A stretch of 64,000 nucleotides of DNA from Octopus vulgaris (taxonomy: Eukaryota): assembly GCA_951406725.2 (NCBI GenBank), contig OX597828.1, positions 28,024,001 through 28,088,000 on the forward strand. The letters run 5' to 3'. Below the pieces are notes generated by a model that was not told where the DNA came from, ran no database searches, and worked only from the letters and a program-made list of their open reading frames with translations. Shown one piece after another: positions 40,090 to 54,164 of the stretch. Positions within the stretch are counted from its first letter, which is position 1, and every line of letters starts with the position of its first letter. The position numbers and the translations under genes are program-made.

Positions 40090-40090
40090 G

Positions 40091-40121
<31 letters not shown>

Positions 40122-40122
40122 G

Positions 40123-40153
<31 letters not shown>

Positions 40154-40154
40154 A

Positions 40155-40212
<58 letters not shown>

Positions 40213-40261
40213 CTCTTATTTGGTATATGTATCCTTGTAGGTCTGTATTTCTGAACTTGCA

Positions 40262-40296
<35 letters not shown>

Positions 40297-40485
40297 GAGG
40301 CAGTTGAATGTGCATGTGTGTCTTATATATGTCTCTGTTTATTTGTAGAAAGATGTACATGCTTATTTACATATGTACACAAATACACATGTTTATGTAT
40401 ACATGTATGTATGTATATGCATATGCATATATAAATATATATATGTATATATATGTATGCATATGTATATCTATCTATCTATCTA

Positions 40486-40518
<33 letters not shown>

Positions 40519-40894
40519 GCATATATATATATATATATGTGTGTGTATGTATGTATATATGTGTGTGTTTTACACCATAGATTTTGTTTACACGCATGTG
40601 TGTCAATTCTCACCCACACCCACATCTATAGTGCATACATAGAAGGAAATGCAAATTTATGCTCCACCGTTCTTTCTGTTTAAACTCCGAACTTGTACTC
40701 ATTCCTAAACGCAAACTGCTTTCTATTCCAAAATATCAGCTTTGCAAATCTTCACGTAGTGCTACTTGTAGAGTAGGATTATGTTTTGATGAATAATAAA
40801 AGAAGTACTTCTCTTAGTATTTGATTTAAATCATTTAACTGGAGAGAAGATAATTTCAAATGTAAAGATTTTATAGGACTAAGCAGATTGCTAG

Positions 40895-40951
<57 letters not shown>

Positions 40952-41009
40952 TTACACGCACACACACACATATATATATACATATATATATATATACTTT
41001 TTATGCATA

Positions 41010-41230
41010 CACACATGCCACCCTGACTGGCTTCCGTGCCAGTGACATGTAAAACGCACCCACTACACTCACGGAGTGTTTGGCGTTATGAAGGGCATCC
41101 AGATGTAGAAACACTGCCAGATCAGACAGGAGCCTGGTGCAGCTTCCTGGCTTCCCAGACCACAGTCGAACCGTCCAACCCATGCTAGCATGGAAAACGG
41201 ACATTAAACGATGATGATAATGATGATGAT
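41010..41230 (+). mobile_element. RTE LINE 3' UTR end
   Basis: gtgccagtgacatgtaaaacgcacc...aagggcatccagatgtagaaac...aaacgatgatgat. Confidence 0.85.
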
Positions 41231-41504
41231 ATATATATATATACTTTTATAGGACTAATGATGATGCATACACACATGCACCAGATCCCTGACTATATAT
41301 ACTAGTGTTTGGCGTTATGAAGGGCATATGATCCAGCACAGGAGCCTGGTGCAGCTTCCTGACTTCCCAGACCACAGTCGAATATACCCATGCTAGCATG
41401 GAAAACGGACGTTAAACGATGATGATAATGATAATGATGATTATATATATATATACTTTTTATGCAGTACTGAGCACTCATTCTCTTTGTTCAACACTTA
41501 TGTA

Positions 41505-41725
41505 TCATCATCATCATTTTTAATGTCTGCTTTCATGCTGGCATGGGTTGGACTGTTTGGCTGAGGACTAGCAAGCCAGGAGGATGCACCAGGCTCCAAT
41601 CTGATCTGGCACGGTTTCTACGGCTAGACGCCCTTCCTTACACTAACCACACCAAGATTGTAGTGGGAGCTTTTTACATGCCACCAGCACAGGAGCCTGT
41701 CAGGTGGCACTGGCGTCAGTCACGC
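41505..41725 (-). mobile_element. RTE LINE 3' UTR end
   Basis: Reverse complement of the same tail. Confidence 0.8.
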
Positions 41726-41779
41726 TCATAAATATACATGTATATATACACATGTGTATATACACACATATGCAAAAAA

Positions 41780-41878
41780 ATGGCACCTTGGGCAAGTGTC
41801 TTCTACTATAGCCTTGGAGCCGACCAAAGCTTTGTGAGTGGATTTGGTAGACGGAAACTGAAAGAAGCCCGTCGTATC

Positions 41879-41916
<38 letters not shown>

Positions 41917-42120
41917 TGTGTGTGTTTGTGTGTCTGTGTTTGTCCCCCTAGCATTGCTTGACAACCGATGCTGGTGTGTTTATGTCCCCATTACTTAGCG
42001 GTTCGGCAAAAGAGACCGATAGAATAAGTACTGGGCTTACAAAAGAATAAGTCCCGAGGTCGAGTTGCTCGATTAAAGGCGGTGTTCCAGCATTGCCGCA
42101 GTCAAATGACTGAAACAACT
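41780..42120 (+). mobile_element. SINE family A lacking the tRNA head
   Basis: Begins at tggcaccttgggcaagtgtc, otherwise near identical to the 34441 copy. Confidence 0.88.
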
Positions 42121-42738
42121 GTAATGATACCGTAAAATCCATTTATCCTTTTATAAATACACACACACACACATGTATACATGAGTTGGTGTCTCCGTGG
42201 CACCATGTGCTCATTGTAAGCAAGTGTCAGGATCATCAAGTGGTACTTTTCGTTTCTAGTCTTCTGTGGAAAATATGTCTGGCCATGGGAAATATTACTT
42301 TACTTGGAAATAGGTGAGGCTTTTTGCAACAAGAGAGACATCCAACCATAGGAAATCTGCTTCAAAAAATACCATCTGACCCATGCAAGCATGGAAAAGT
42401 GAACGTTAAAAGACAATGATGATGGTAACTACAATCCACAGTTTAATTCACTTCCGTTGAGGTAACCCTGAATGGAGGACAAGCTTTATTAAGAGCATTA
42501 GCTGCGTAGTTTTAGAGAAATTTGAAATTATATATATTATGGTAGACTCTGTTCATGAGAAGCTCTCCTTCCCATCAATTTCTCTTACCATCCAATCCAC
42601 AGCACTTTGGAAAATCATAGAAGGAATAATCAAAAGTTGGTTGATAAGCAGATGGATATATGACAAACACGCATGAGATATTGCTATGATTAAATAGAAT
42701 TATAAGAATATATATATATATATATATATATGCTTTAT

Positions 42739-42789
<51 letters not shown>

Positions 42790-42834
42790 TATACACACAT
42801 ATATATACATATATATATACATATATACATATAT

Positions 42835-43089
42835 ATATATGCATGTATATATATCTATATATGCATGTATATATATCTATATATGCATGTGTATATATTT
42901 ATATATGCATGTATATGTATCTATATATGCATGTGTATATATCTATATATGCATATGCATGTGTATATATCTATATATGCATGTATATATATCTATATAT
43001 GCATATGCATGTATATATATATCTATATATGCATGTATATATATCTATATATGCATATGCATGTATATATATATATCTATATATGCATG

Positions 43090-43095
<6 letters not shown>
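42835..43095. repeat. ~20-26-bp minisatellite derived from (AT)n (atatgcatgtatatatatct)
   Basis: gcatgtatatatatctatatat recurs about 10 times. Confidence 0.85.
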
Positions 43096-43149
<54 letters not shown>

Positions 43150-44016
43150 GTGAGACAGACGGATATGGAAGAAGCATCTTAGTAAATAACCAATATTTGA
43201 TTGTTTAATAGATTTATTCCCCAAGCATTGCCGTTTTATAATTTCTACTACCATGTTGAATCCATTATGCAAGAGAAACAAGTGCTTTTAAGAGATTACA
43301 GGTATTTAATGAAATAGGTTTACCATACATACACCTCCATATTTCTAATCATTTCTCCATAAGAACTTCTTTGAATGCCAATGAGTTGTATAATCATTGA
43401 CCACTATAGAAAGATTATCTTTTTTTTTTTTGTTTGTTTGTTGTTTAGAGTCTTTTTTATGTTTTTGTGTTTTGTTTCTTTTTTTTTTTCAAAATTTTAA
43501 TAATTTTCAAGAAATGGAAAAATTGCAATAAAAATACTGTAGGAAAATTGTAATTTTTGGCAGCTTGAAAAGAAAGAAAATAAGAATTCAGTCCAAACGT
43601 TTTGGTAGAGAGAGACCCTGATTAGGTTGTATAACTGTTTAGCTGCAGCCTATTAAGTGAACTCTGAATGTAACCTGGCAACACTATCATCATCATTATC
43701 AGCAGCAGCAGCAGTATCATTTGCTGTTGTTGTCATCGTCATCATCCTGTCTGTTATTATCTCCACTGTTGTCACCTTACGTACAATCACCCACCATCCT
43801 CATCATCATTCCTGTTGTCTGCTAGATGTTGCTGTTGCTAGAACAGGTCAGACAGGTTTTGATAACAGGCTGTTTAAGATAATCTCTATTATTCATCAGT
43901 GATAAAACCTGATTTTGGAAGATTTAATCTCAATTTTAATATTGGTCAACCAGTTACTTTGGTCATATTTTCTTTTTATTCTTGTTTTTAGGTTTTTAGC
44001 AAAATTTTCAACCCTG

Positions 44017-44055
<39 letters not shown>

Positions 44056-44364
44056 ACACATACACACATACACACACACACACATACACACACACACACA
44101 TACATACATACATACATACATACATACATACATACAAAAATACCCTGTTGTTGATGTTGAAAGTCCAATGAAGAAATCTTGGATCTAGGTTTGAAACCAG
44201 TTCTTTCTATATTGGCAAGAAATTTTGAAATAAACTGAATAATGACATATATGCATGCATGAAGACACATATAAATAGACAGACAGACATGCATGTATGC
44301 ATACATACATGCATGCATACATACATGCATGCATACATACATGCATGTGCTGCTTTCTTGTATA

Positions 44365-45090
44365 CAAGCAAAACCATTGCTAGAAAGGGTCATTGAAATA
44401 AGTCATTGATCATGCAATGTGAGGCCCTTGTATAACTCTTGATCCCAGCCAAAGATTTGCACATTCTATTGTATAATGCACAGCTGTGCTGGCTGGGAGA
44501 GGGAACAGGTGCCACAATATAAATTCCTTTGACATGCCTTTTCAATCCTCCAACATAGCACCCACAGAACGGAAACCTTCATCATGTCATGTTCATTGAA
44601 GAGAATATTCTCAATTCTGTCACCAGGATATGCTAATAAACATTGGCATTTTTGATTTATAGTCAATTGCCTGTCATCCATTCTCAATGGTGGCAGTTGC
44701 AGGACATCCTGACCTTAGATCATCTTCAAAATTCCCCTCTTTCCCTCCTAAATCCAACTGCCCATTTTTTCACTGTTGATAAAGCTGGAGGGTTATCCCC
44801 TAATGCAGCAACCACATCAGCATGAGTGTCCTTGGGGGCTAAACCCTTTTACTGTGATACTTGATAACACCATGATGCCAAATTTTGTCCAGTTTCAAGG
44901 GAAGTCACCTCTAGTTACTTCTGAAGTCTTTGAACTGTCAGATGTCAGTTTACCTGGGAAAAAGCAATGCAGTTTTCAAGAAGAGGGGTTGAAATTCATG
45001 CATGCAAGATTTCACAGCTCTAGCATCACTCCTCCAAAGGCAGTCTGTGAACTTTTACGCCCACCCTCAAATATAAAAGTGCATGTGTGA
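44365..45090 (-). mobile_element. Decayed, internally deleted mariner (Tc1/mariner) transposon
   Basis: Minus strand reads GVIKY...GLAPKDTHADVVAALGDNPPALSTVKKWAVGFRR...EDDLRSGCP...DDRQLTI...IENILFNEHDMMKVSVLWV, i.e. the mariner HTH, EDxPRSGRP and KVSARWVP motifs. Confidence 0.85.
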
Positions 45091-45094
45091 AGCT

Positions 45095-45840
45095 CGACCT
45101 TTGAATGTTGGGCCTCTCGGAGGCAATGACAAGTGACTGAGACCTTTGGAGATATACTGTGCTTGAGAAGACCTGGCAAGTCAAGTGAGACGTAACCATG
45201 GCCTATGCCAGTGCAGCATTACCAGCCCATTTAAGAGCACCCTTCAATCATTGCGCCATAAACTGCACTTGCGAAGACTTGTTGAGTCAAATGAAGTCAT
45301 TATCATGGCCAATGCCAGTACCACCTGATTGGCACCCATAAAAAGCACCATTCAAACGTGGTCGATGTCAGTGCAACCTGACTGGTTCCCATGCCAATGG
45401 CACGTAAAAAGCACCATTTGAGTGTGGTTCATGCCAGTGCTGGCTGACTGGTCCCATGCTGGTGGCACATAAAATGCACCATTCAAGTGTAATCATTGCC
45501 AGTGCCTCCTGACTAGCTCCTATACCAGTGGTCTGTAAAAAGCACCATTCAAGCGTGGTCATTGCCAGTGTCACCTATTTGGCTCCTGTGCTATTTTTCC
45601 CATTTAAGTCTGGTCAATGCCATTACTGCCTGACTGGTCCTCATGCCAGTGACACATAAAAAGCACCCACTACACTCTCAGAGTGGTTGGCATTAGGAAG
45701 GGCATCCAGTTGTAGAAACCTTTCCTAATCAGATTGGAGCCTGGTACAGCCTTCTGGCTTGCCAGCCCTCAGTTAAACCATCCAACCCATTCCAGTATGG
45801 AAAGCGGACATTAAACAACGTCAACGATGATGATGATGAT
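45095..45840 (+). mobile_element. 5'-truncated RTE LINE: ORF end plus 3' UTR with 5-6 internal repeats
   Basis: 45095-45190 matches 3123-3215; repeats gtggcacataaaaagcacc; (GAT)n tail. Confidence 0.88.
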
Positions 45841-45919
45841 GTGTGTGCGTAATTTTCATGATATATTTAAATTGAAACACTTTTGCACTTTTCTTTCTCA
45901 TATATATATATATATATAT

Positions 45920-46335
45920 ACTCTTTTACTCTCTTTTACTCTTTTACTTGTTTCAGTCATTTGACTGTGGCCATGCTGGAGCACCGCCTTTAATCGAGCA
46001 ACTCGACCCCGGGACTTATTCTTTTGTAAGCCAAGCACTTATTCTATCGGTCTCTTTTGCCAAACCGCTAAGTAATGGTTACACACCAGCATCGGTTGTC
46101 AAGCAATGCTAGGGGGACAAACACAGACACACAAACATACACACATGCATATATATATATATATACATATATACGACAGGCTTTTTTCAGTTTCCATCTA
46201 CCAAATCTACTCACAAGGCTTTGGTCGGCCCGAGGCTATAGTAGAAGACACTTGCCCAAGGTGCCACGCAGTGGGACTGAACTCGGAACCGTGTGGTTGA
46301 TAAGCAAGCTACTTACCACACAGCCACTCCTGCGT
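45920..46335 (-). mobile_element. SINE family A, full length
   Basis: Reverse complement of 34441-34838. Confidence 0.9.
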
Positions 46336-47092
46336 CTATATATATATATATATACACACATACTAACCTATGTTTCTAATATCCAATACTACTTTCAACA
46401 GACTTTTGAGGCAATTTTACTCTATCAAGTCATTTAATTTACCAAGTAGTTTGTCTATATTCATCTCTGTTTGCTTGTTCAAAACTTTCACATTATTTCC
46501 ATTGTCAGCTTTATTATCTTTTATCTTTTAGTTATGCCATGTCTACAGGGAATTGGATGAAAACAGCAGCTCTGTTTATGAACAGAGATTATAGTATCAT
46601 TTACACTAATAATTAACTCACCAAACCAAAAATCTCAGACACAGTACTAAACGCTGACATCTGATATTTTGTTATAATTAATGCCACTTCTTAATTAGTT
46701 CATTGAACTCCTGTCTAAATATCTAAATATTTCAAATGTTTGACCTGACCCTTCAAATTACTGCTGCTAAAACTATGTAAAAGCATGTTAGGAAACAAAT
46801 CCATATAGGTTCAGACGTGGCTGTTATAGGCATAGTCATTGCTCTCATAAGTGTATGCATGGCTGGGGGGATCAGAAGCTTACTTTGCAACCACAAGGTT
46901 TTGGGTTCAGACCCACTTCACAGTACCTCAGACAAGTGTCTTCAACTTTAGCTTTGGTCTGACATGCTTTGTGAGTGAATTTAGTACATGGAAACAGTTT
47001 GAAAGCCCATTGTGTGTATTCTTTTATTTCAGTCATTTCATTGCAGCCATGCTGGAGCAAATGCTTTTTATGTGCCACCAACACAAGAGCAC

Positions 47093-47338
47093 CAGGCTGC
47101 ATGTTGTGTTCTTGAGCAAGACACTTTATTTCACATTGCTACAGTTCACTTAGCTGTAGAAATGAGTTGTGACGTCACTGGTGCCAAGCTGTATTGGCAT
47201 TTGCTTTTCCCTTGGATAACACCGGTGGCATGGAGAGGGGAGGCCGGTATGCATGGGCAACTGCTGGTCTTCCATAAAACAACCTTGCTCAGACTTGTGC
47301 CTCAGAGGATAACTTTCTAGGTGCAATCCCATGGTCAG
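47093..47338 (+). mobile_element. SINE family C body, headless
   Basis: Matches 16752-16948. Confidence 0.85.
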
Positions 47339-47515
47339 TGGCAAGAGAGGAAGAGGCCGACCAAGAACCCGCTGGCTTGACGCCATCAAGTGTGATACCG
47401 GAATGGACATAGCCAATCTGAAAGAAGTGGCCCAGGATAGAACTGACTGGAGGACACGGATCCAACGAGTGACCAAGAGTCGACTTCAACTGAATGGATA
47501 GAGAGAGAGAGAGAT
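47331..47515 (+). mobile_element. BovB-like RTE LINE 3' terminus with (GA)n tail
   Basis: Uninterrupted MVSGKRGRGRPRTRWLDAIKCDTGMDIANLKEVAQDRTDWRTRIQRVTKSRLQLNG*, resembling the RTE-BovB C-terminus (RWLD...DR..WR..V..VTKSR.RL). Confidence 0.85.
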
Positions 47516-48138
47516 ACATATATGTAATGGCATATATATATTTATTTATATTTATATATATAGATAAAACAAAGACCATCTACTTGGTTAGACTCAAAAA
47601 TCTGAGGTTCATCTGGCTAATGGGACACATATCAAAACACTGGTGCCCCAGCATCTTCTACATTATTAAGTCAAATGTGTTGAGTACACCTTTATCATAA
47701 AAGAGAAATTTTTCTCCTTTGACAAACACTACAGTAACTAGCATTTTGTGGGTCTTAACCTGCTAAAATGTACTAAGAATAAATATGGGAATATTCATTC
47801 CAGGCTTGGTTGATGTTAGGGAGGGCATCCAGCTGTAAAAATCATGCCAAAACTGTCGCAGAAGTCTGGTGAAACTGTGCCACTCATGCTAGCATGGAAG
47901 GCGAATGTTAAATGATGATGATGATATAGTTCACAATGTTTCCTTTAAAAACCAATCTTGCATCATGCCATATGCATGTCAACAACTACTGGTTTATCTC
48001 CAGGGATGTTTTGTGGACTTTTATAGGTTATTGGGGCAGTGGTGTCCTGAAAGACCTCCCCATCTTTTAAATTTCAGCCACCATCTGTGCAAGTGCTTCA
48101 TGAGTTAAATGTCTGGCTTGCTCATCCCAATTCACCTG

Positions 48139-48191
<53 letters not shown>

Positions 48192-50044
48192 TGTGTGAAA
48201 TTTGATTTAGTATTTCTAAATTGAATTTGTTTCCCTGTAAGTTTGGATTTATATTCCCTCAAATAATTATTTTATATATATATTTATATATATATATACA
48301 TAAATGTGTGTGTTTGTGCTTGTGTTTGGCTTTCTTCCCCCACCCCACTTGACATCCAGTGTTGGTCTGTTTGCATTCCTGAATCTAAAAGCTTCAGTAT
48401 AAGGGGTTGATAGAATAAGTAACAGACTGAAAAATAAGTTGTAGGGGGACAATTTGTTCACCTTAACCTTTCAGGGCAATGCCACAGGACATTCACAGTG
48501 CAAGGTAAAAAGTTAATACTACAAGCAGACAATACACTCGGTAATTTCATAGTGCTGCTTCTTCCATTTATTAACATATTTTATATAGTCCTCTGATGTG
48601 GTCTGTTGGGGGAATGAGCATTTGAGCATTTTAACCATTGTTATGTCTGTGACACTCAGAACATCTTTCCACTAGTAGTCCAAGTCCATCTGACTTTTTG
48701 ACTTGGCCATCTTCCCTATATGGAAGCTCTCATTTTACATATATCTTTACATTATTTATTATTGAAACATGCAGATACATAAGTAAGTCTGTTAACCTGC
48801 TGGAAATATAAACTGATTATTTTAGGCTATGTAACTATATTTTTTTCACCAGATCAGAATTACGTGTTCAGATTTGTTTGGATTAAACCCTTTGGGGTTT
48901 AGATCTTAGAATTCCCTCTTCCATCAGTACTTCAGAAAGTATACATACATACACATACATATATACATACATACAGACAGATGTGTGTATGTATGTATGT
49001 ATATGGAAATTACAGTCTTGTTAATAGTAAGTAAGTTAAGCCTTCACATAATTTCTTACATTGACTCAGCAGATTTTTGTTGTTGAAACAGATGTTTTCT
49101 AATCCCGAGATATTCTTCTATCATAAAGCAGATCTAGTTGCAACATGACACGTAGGTGGACTGAAATAAATAAGCCCTCGGAAACACATGTGAATCTGTG
49201 CACATGCATGTGTGTGCATACGTTTGCACATGCATATGAAATAGAAATATTACTATATATATAAAATTTTCATCTATCTATCTATATATATATATATATA
49301 TACACACACACATACATCCGTGTATGCATGCTTTTAAAACTAAATCATCATCATTGCAATAGAGATTCAAAATATTTCTATCAAATTTGTAATTTTCTTG
49401 AAACCCTACATCTTATAGAGCCAATTCTTTATATTCAATCATCATCATCATCATCATCGTCGTCATCATTTTATACACCCTCTTTTCTATATTTGCGTGG
49501 GTCATATGAAGTTTATCGAGGCAGATTTTCTTACAGCCAACTCATCTCCTGGTGTCAACTGTCACCTGTTTCAAGGCAAGGTAATCTTTCGCCGTACCCA
49601 TACATGCTCTCATGGAATACTGGAAATGAATGACACTGCTTGTATAACAGTGACAATCATTTACAACTGTCACACGATGTCTCAGCAAGGAAAGACACAC
49701 ACAATCACATGGGCTTCATTCAGTTTTTTTTTCTACCAAATCCACTCCTTACAGCTATAGTAGAAGACACTTGCCCCAAGTACCACACACTAGGACTGAA
49801 CCCAGGACCATGTGGTTGGGAAGCAAACTTCTTACCTATGCCTATAACATCATTTTTTATTCATTGTGTGATTAATATCTGTTTCATTCTATGCAAGGAT
49901 TTTAAAGTTGAATGCCATTCCTCTGCCATGCAACTCTCAACTATAGAATGGTACATTCTGTTTAAATTACAGTAGATAAAAGTAATTACAATTACAATAA
50001 TGTGTGTCATTAAGGTAACGAGCTGGCAGGATCATCAGCTTTCC

Positions 50045-50090
50045 TTGTTTGTCCCCTCTGTGTTTAGCCCCTTGTGGGTAGTAAAGAAAT
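50045..50090 (+). mobile_element. 46-bp 3' fragment of SINE B with 17-bp TSD
   Basis: aggatcatcagctttcc at 50028-50044 and 50091-50107; the insert matches 62308-62353. Confidence 0.9.
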
Positions 50091-51008
50091 AGGATCATCA
50101 GCTTTCCGGGCAAAACGTTTAACAGTATTTCTGATGATGATGATGATAATGATGTACATACACACGCATGCATATATATATGTATGGATTTATGTCTGCA
50201 TATGTGTATTTATGTCTGTATATTTGTCCCTCCACCACTTGTCAACAGAGTTGTCTGTCCCCATAACTTTGCTGTTCAGCAAAAGAGAATGACACTAGAG
50301 AATTTACTAGACTTAAAATATGTTCTTGGGTTGACTTGTTTCACTAATTCTACAAGGCTATGCACCCAGGTACTCAAAGTCCAATGAATGACACAAGTAA
50401 AATATAAAAGATACAAACAGATGGGATAGTCATGGATGGGATGCCTTTGATCATAGGTCTGTTAGATGAAGGCTGACCTGTTGCTAAACAACAATAGTAA
50501 CATCAACAACAATTCTTTTCTTAATAAAGTTGAGTTGGCCTTTGTTGGATTTAGATAGGATAGTCATACCTGGAGCATCTTTGCTGATAACCTTGCTCAG
50601 TGAGTGATGGCCCTAGAGATAAGCAAGAACAGAAACAAAACAACAAAGAAATTCTTAAGAGAGTTAACTCTTGTGGGATTTTGAGAGTCAGAACGTCAAT
50701 GTAACACATTGCATAGATGCCATAACAGGACTGGCTGTCTAAACTTTCAACTACCTTAGCTCATCATCATCATCATCATCATCAGTGGCAGCAGCAGCAA
50801 CAACAGTGGTGAAGGTGATGGTGGTCTTGGTGGTAGTAGTAGTGGTGGAAGTGGTCTTGACAGCTGCAGTGGTGGCAGCAGGAGCAGCAGCAGTGGTGAT
50901 GGTGGTAGTAGTAGTAGCAGCAACAGCAGCAGCAATAGACACGAAACAGGGATAACAACAAAATATATATTATATAATATATATTTTTTTTATATTATAT
51001 ATTATATA

Positions 51009-51179
<171 letters not shown>

Positions 51180-51511
51180 TATATATATATATATATATGT
51201 ATTATATATTTTATATATATTATATAGTTTACTTCAGATCTGAAACTAAAAGATTACATTATTTTTCTCTTCTCCTGAAAATTTTTGCTGATCCATGCAA
51301 TCATAAAATATTGACCATTTCATATCTCATCTTTTCTCCTTTCTTTCTATCCCTACCCATCGTCCATTAGCACCTACACCACCATCACCACCACCACCAC
51401 CACCATTACCTATACTGTCATCATCCTCTCTATCTTTACCCACCCACTCATCTATTGTGAAGCCTCTCTTTCATTCACTGCTGAAGTTTATATATTCTCC
51501 ATTCTCCATAG

Positions 51512-51549
<38 letters not shown>

Positions 51550-51736
51550 CTGCTGTTCTGAAAGTTCTTACCTTTAGGGAGTTAGAACTTAACATGTATT
51601 GGTTTCCTATAGAATTACCCCAATCACGTGGAGATGATGTGGATTCCTATTGATCAAAGATTTCATAAAAAGAAAGACAAAAACAACCAACAGACCATAA
51701 GAAATAACCAGTGTGACATACATACATACTTATATA

Positions 51737-51928
<192 letters not shown>

Positions 51929-51931
51929 CAT

Positions 51932-51966
<35 letters not shown>

Positions 51967-53944
51967 AAGAGAGAGAGAGAGTGTTGTATAAAATAGGAAA
52001 TCATGGGAGATGAAGAATGTGAAGGCGTGTAGGTGATGTGATCTCAATTGCAGTTATATCAATACTTGAACAACCTTTGAAGTCTCTTATGCTAGTTTAT
52101 ATTGGTTGGATTTTAATACTTAACTACATAACATGTGAACATTGTTACATATTATAAAGATATCTTGAAAGAATGAAGATCTTCACAGTATCATCACGCC
52201 AAAGTTGAATTAGCATAAAATGTTGTCAAGAATATCTTTTTTATTTTATATTCATACAATTGTTGTAGAAGCAGCAGTCACAGCAGTGGGTTGTTTGTTT
52301 TTTTGTTTTTTTTTGGTTTCCTTTTTTGTTTTTTTTGGGTTTTTTTTTTGTTTTGTTCCACTTGAGCCTGACTGACAAGGATTCTTTTTCTTTGGGTTGA
52401 TCCTTTTTTGAGGTTTAAGAGGGAAAAAAAAAATCTTGACTTGTGATAAAAAAACAAGAAAAATCAGATACTTCAACAACTCTGTTGGATACAACAAAAA
52501 AAAATAAAATAAAATTAGAAAGATGTTGGAAATTAAAAATTATTGTTAGTAAAGTAATCACACACACATACATAAACATGCACACACACACACATGCGCG
52601 CACACACACACACACACTCCTAAAAGTTAGCATAGCTCAATTCTTTCTTATTTCTTACTCTATCTTGCTCTCTTTTTATCTATGTAGCTATTGTTCTATC
52701 TGTCTATTTATCTCATTTTCTGAATATCTATTTATCTCTCTCTCTATCTGTACATATATATGTATGTGTGTGTGGGGGTATATATATATAAAACACTAAA
52801 AAATATTTCTCTTTTGCCTTTATCCATTATCATATTCAAAATTATGTCGATAATTAAAATCCATAAAAATTAAGAATAAATATAATTATATTAATGAGTG
52901 TGGTCATTATTATCAATTGTGCCATAATTAATTTTCAATTCCATTTAACAAAATTTGATTCCAGTCAAAGATGAGTTTCCCTTTTTTAGTATATTTTAGT
53001 ACCACCTTTCTAGACTAAATGATTCCAACTTGAAAAAAATTCTGATTTTCTACCAAATAATTTGTAAGTGTGGCATTCCTTTATTGCATCACTATAAGGT
53101 TGAACCATTCGTTTACAAGGTTATTTTTGAATAACCTTATAATGGTTGAAGCAATTAGTTTCGAGTAGAAGTTTCTTTTATTATTTTTGCAGAATAAATT
53201 TTATTTCGTAGAAATTTTATTAAAATTCTATGTTAAGTACAGTAGCAATGATGAAAATAAAGTTTTAACCAATTAACCATTTTCTTGGATGGTTGAGCAA
53301 GCTATAATTAATATTTAATCAGATATGTGTGCTGAATTCATACTTCCATAATTTCTAATCAAATCATTCCCTCTGTTTACCAAACTACAACCTCACACTT
53401 CAATTCATCCTCTTTTGTATTCATTTAATCATGTTTTGGGACTGAAATCTTCCCCAACAAGAGGCAGCTTCTTTTTATCATTTTCCTCTCTTACAGATTA
53501 TTACATTTTCTTTGTAAGACTTCTCTGTTATAAGATTGTAAATTGAAATTGCTTTGGATTCATATTGTACTTTGAGAGAGAATGTGCCACTAGTTCCAAA
53601 TAATCTAGTTGAAGGTTCAGACAATGTTCCTACAAAATGGTAAAGTGTTTGGTGTTATGAAAAACATCCAACAGTGAAGTTACTATTTCAAAATTCCTTG
53701 TTACTTGCTCTCCTCTACCACCCTTTCACAACTAAAATTCAGTTCTTCTCATCTTTCTTACCATTCCTCATCTCTCTCTGCCTAGAATCATCTTCCACAA
53801 TCTCTTCTGAGACAATCTTTATTAGTGTTAGTACCACAGTGGTCCATGCCTAAGTTTTGCTGGTTTACACTTGTGTTTATACCCTGCTGAGTTGTTACAT
53901 AATGTTGTTATATATTTATATATTAATCCAAATTACTCCATAAG

Positions 53945-54135
53945 GAGTACAGGGTCATGACTATTTCATGCCGGTGGATGCCATTTTGGGCTACCTCCTT
54001 CATTTCAAACTAAGAGAGACTGATTGCTTTTGTTTCATCTTACATGTATCCTTTCCATGTCTTCTTAGATTGTCCAACTGTCCTCTTTCCTTCTAGTTGC
54101 CAGCCTAACACTTGTCTTGCAATTCCACTTTGAGG
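53945..54135 (-). mobile_element. RTE LINE 3' coding end, decayed
   Basis: IARQVLGWQLEGKRTVGQSKKTW...MKEVAQN. Confidence 0.7.
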
Positions 54136-54164
54136 TCTCAAATGTATTCAAATACGAATTATTC

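Noticed and set aside
42589-42604. 16-nt minus-strand micro-exon encoding CCGLD (tetraspanin-like CCG)
   Set aside because: Too short to distinguish from chance, and there are no other tetraspanin exons in the window.
50751-50942. Thr/Ala-rich mucin-like ORF
   Set aside because: A mixed (GCA/GTG/GTA/CAT)n low-complexity tract with no splice or homology support.
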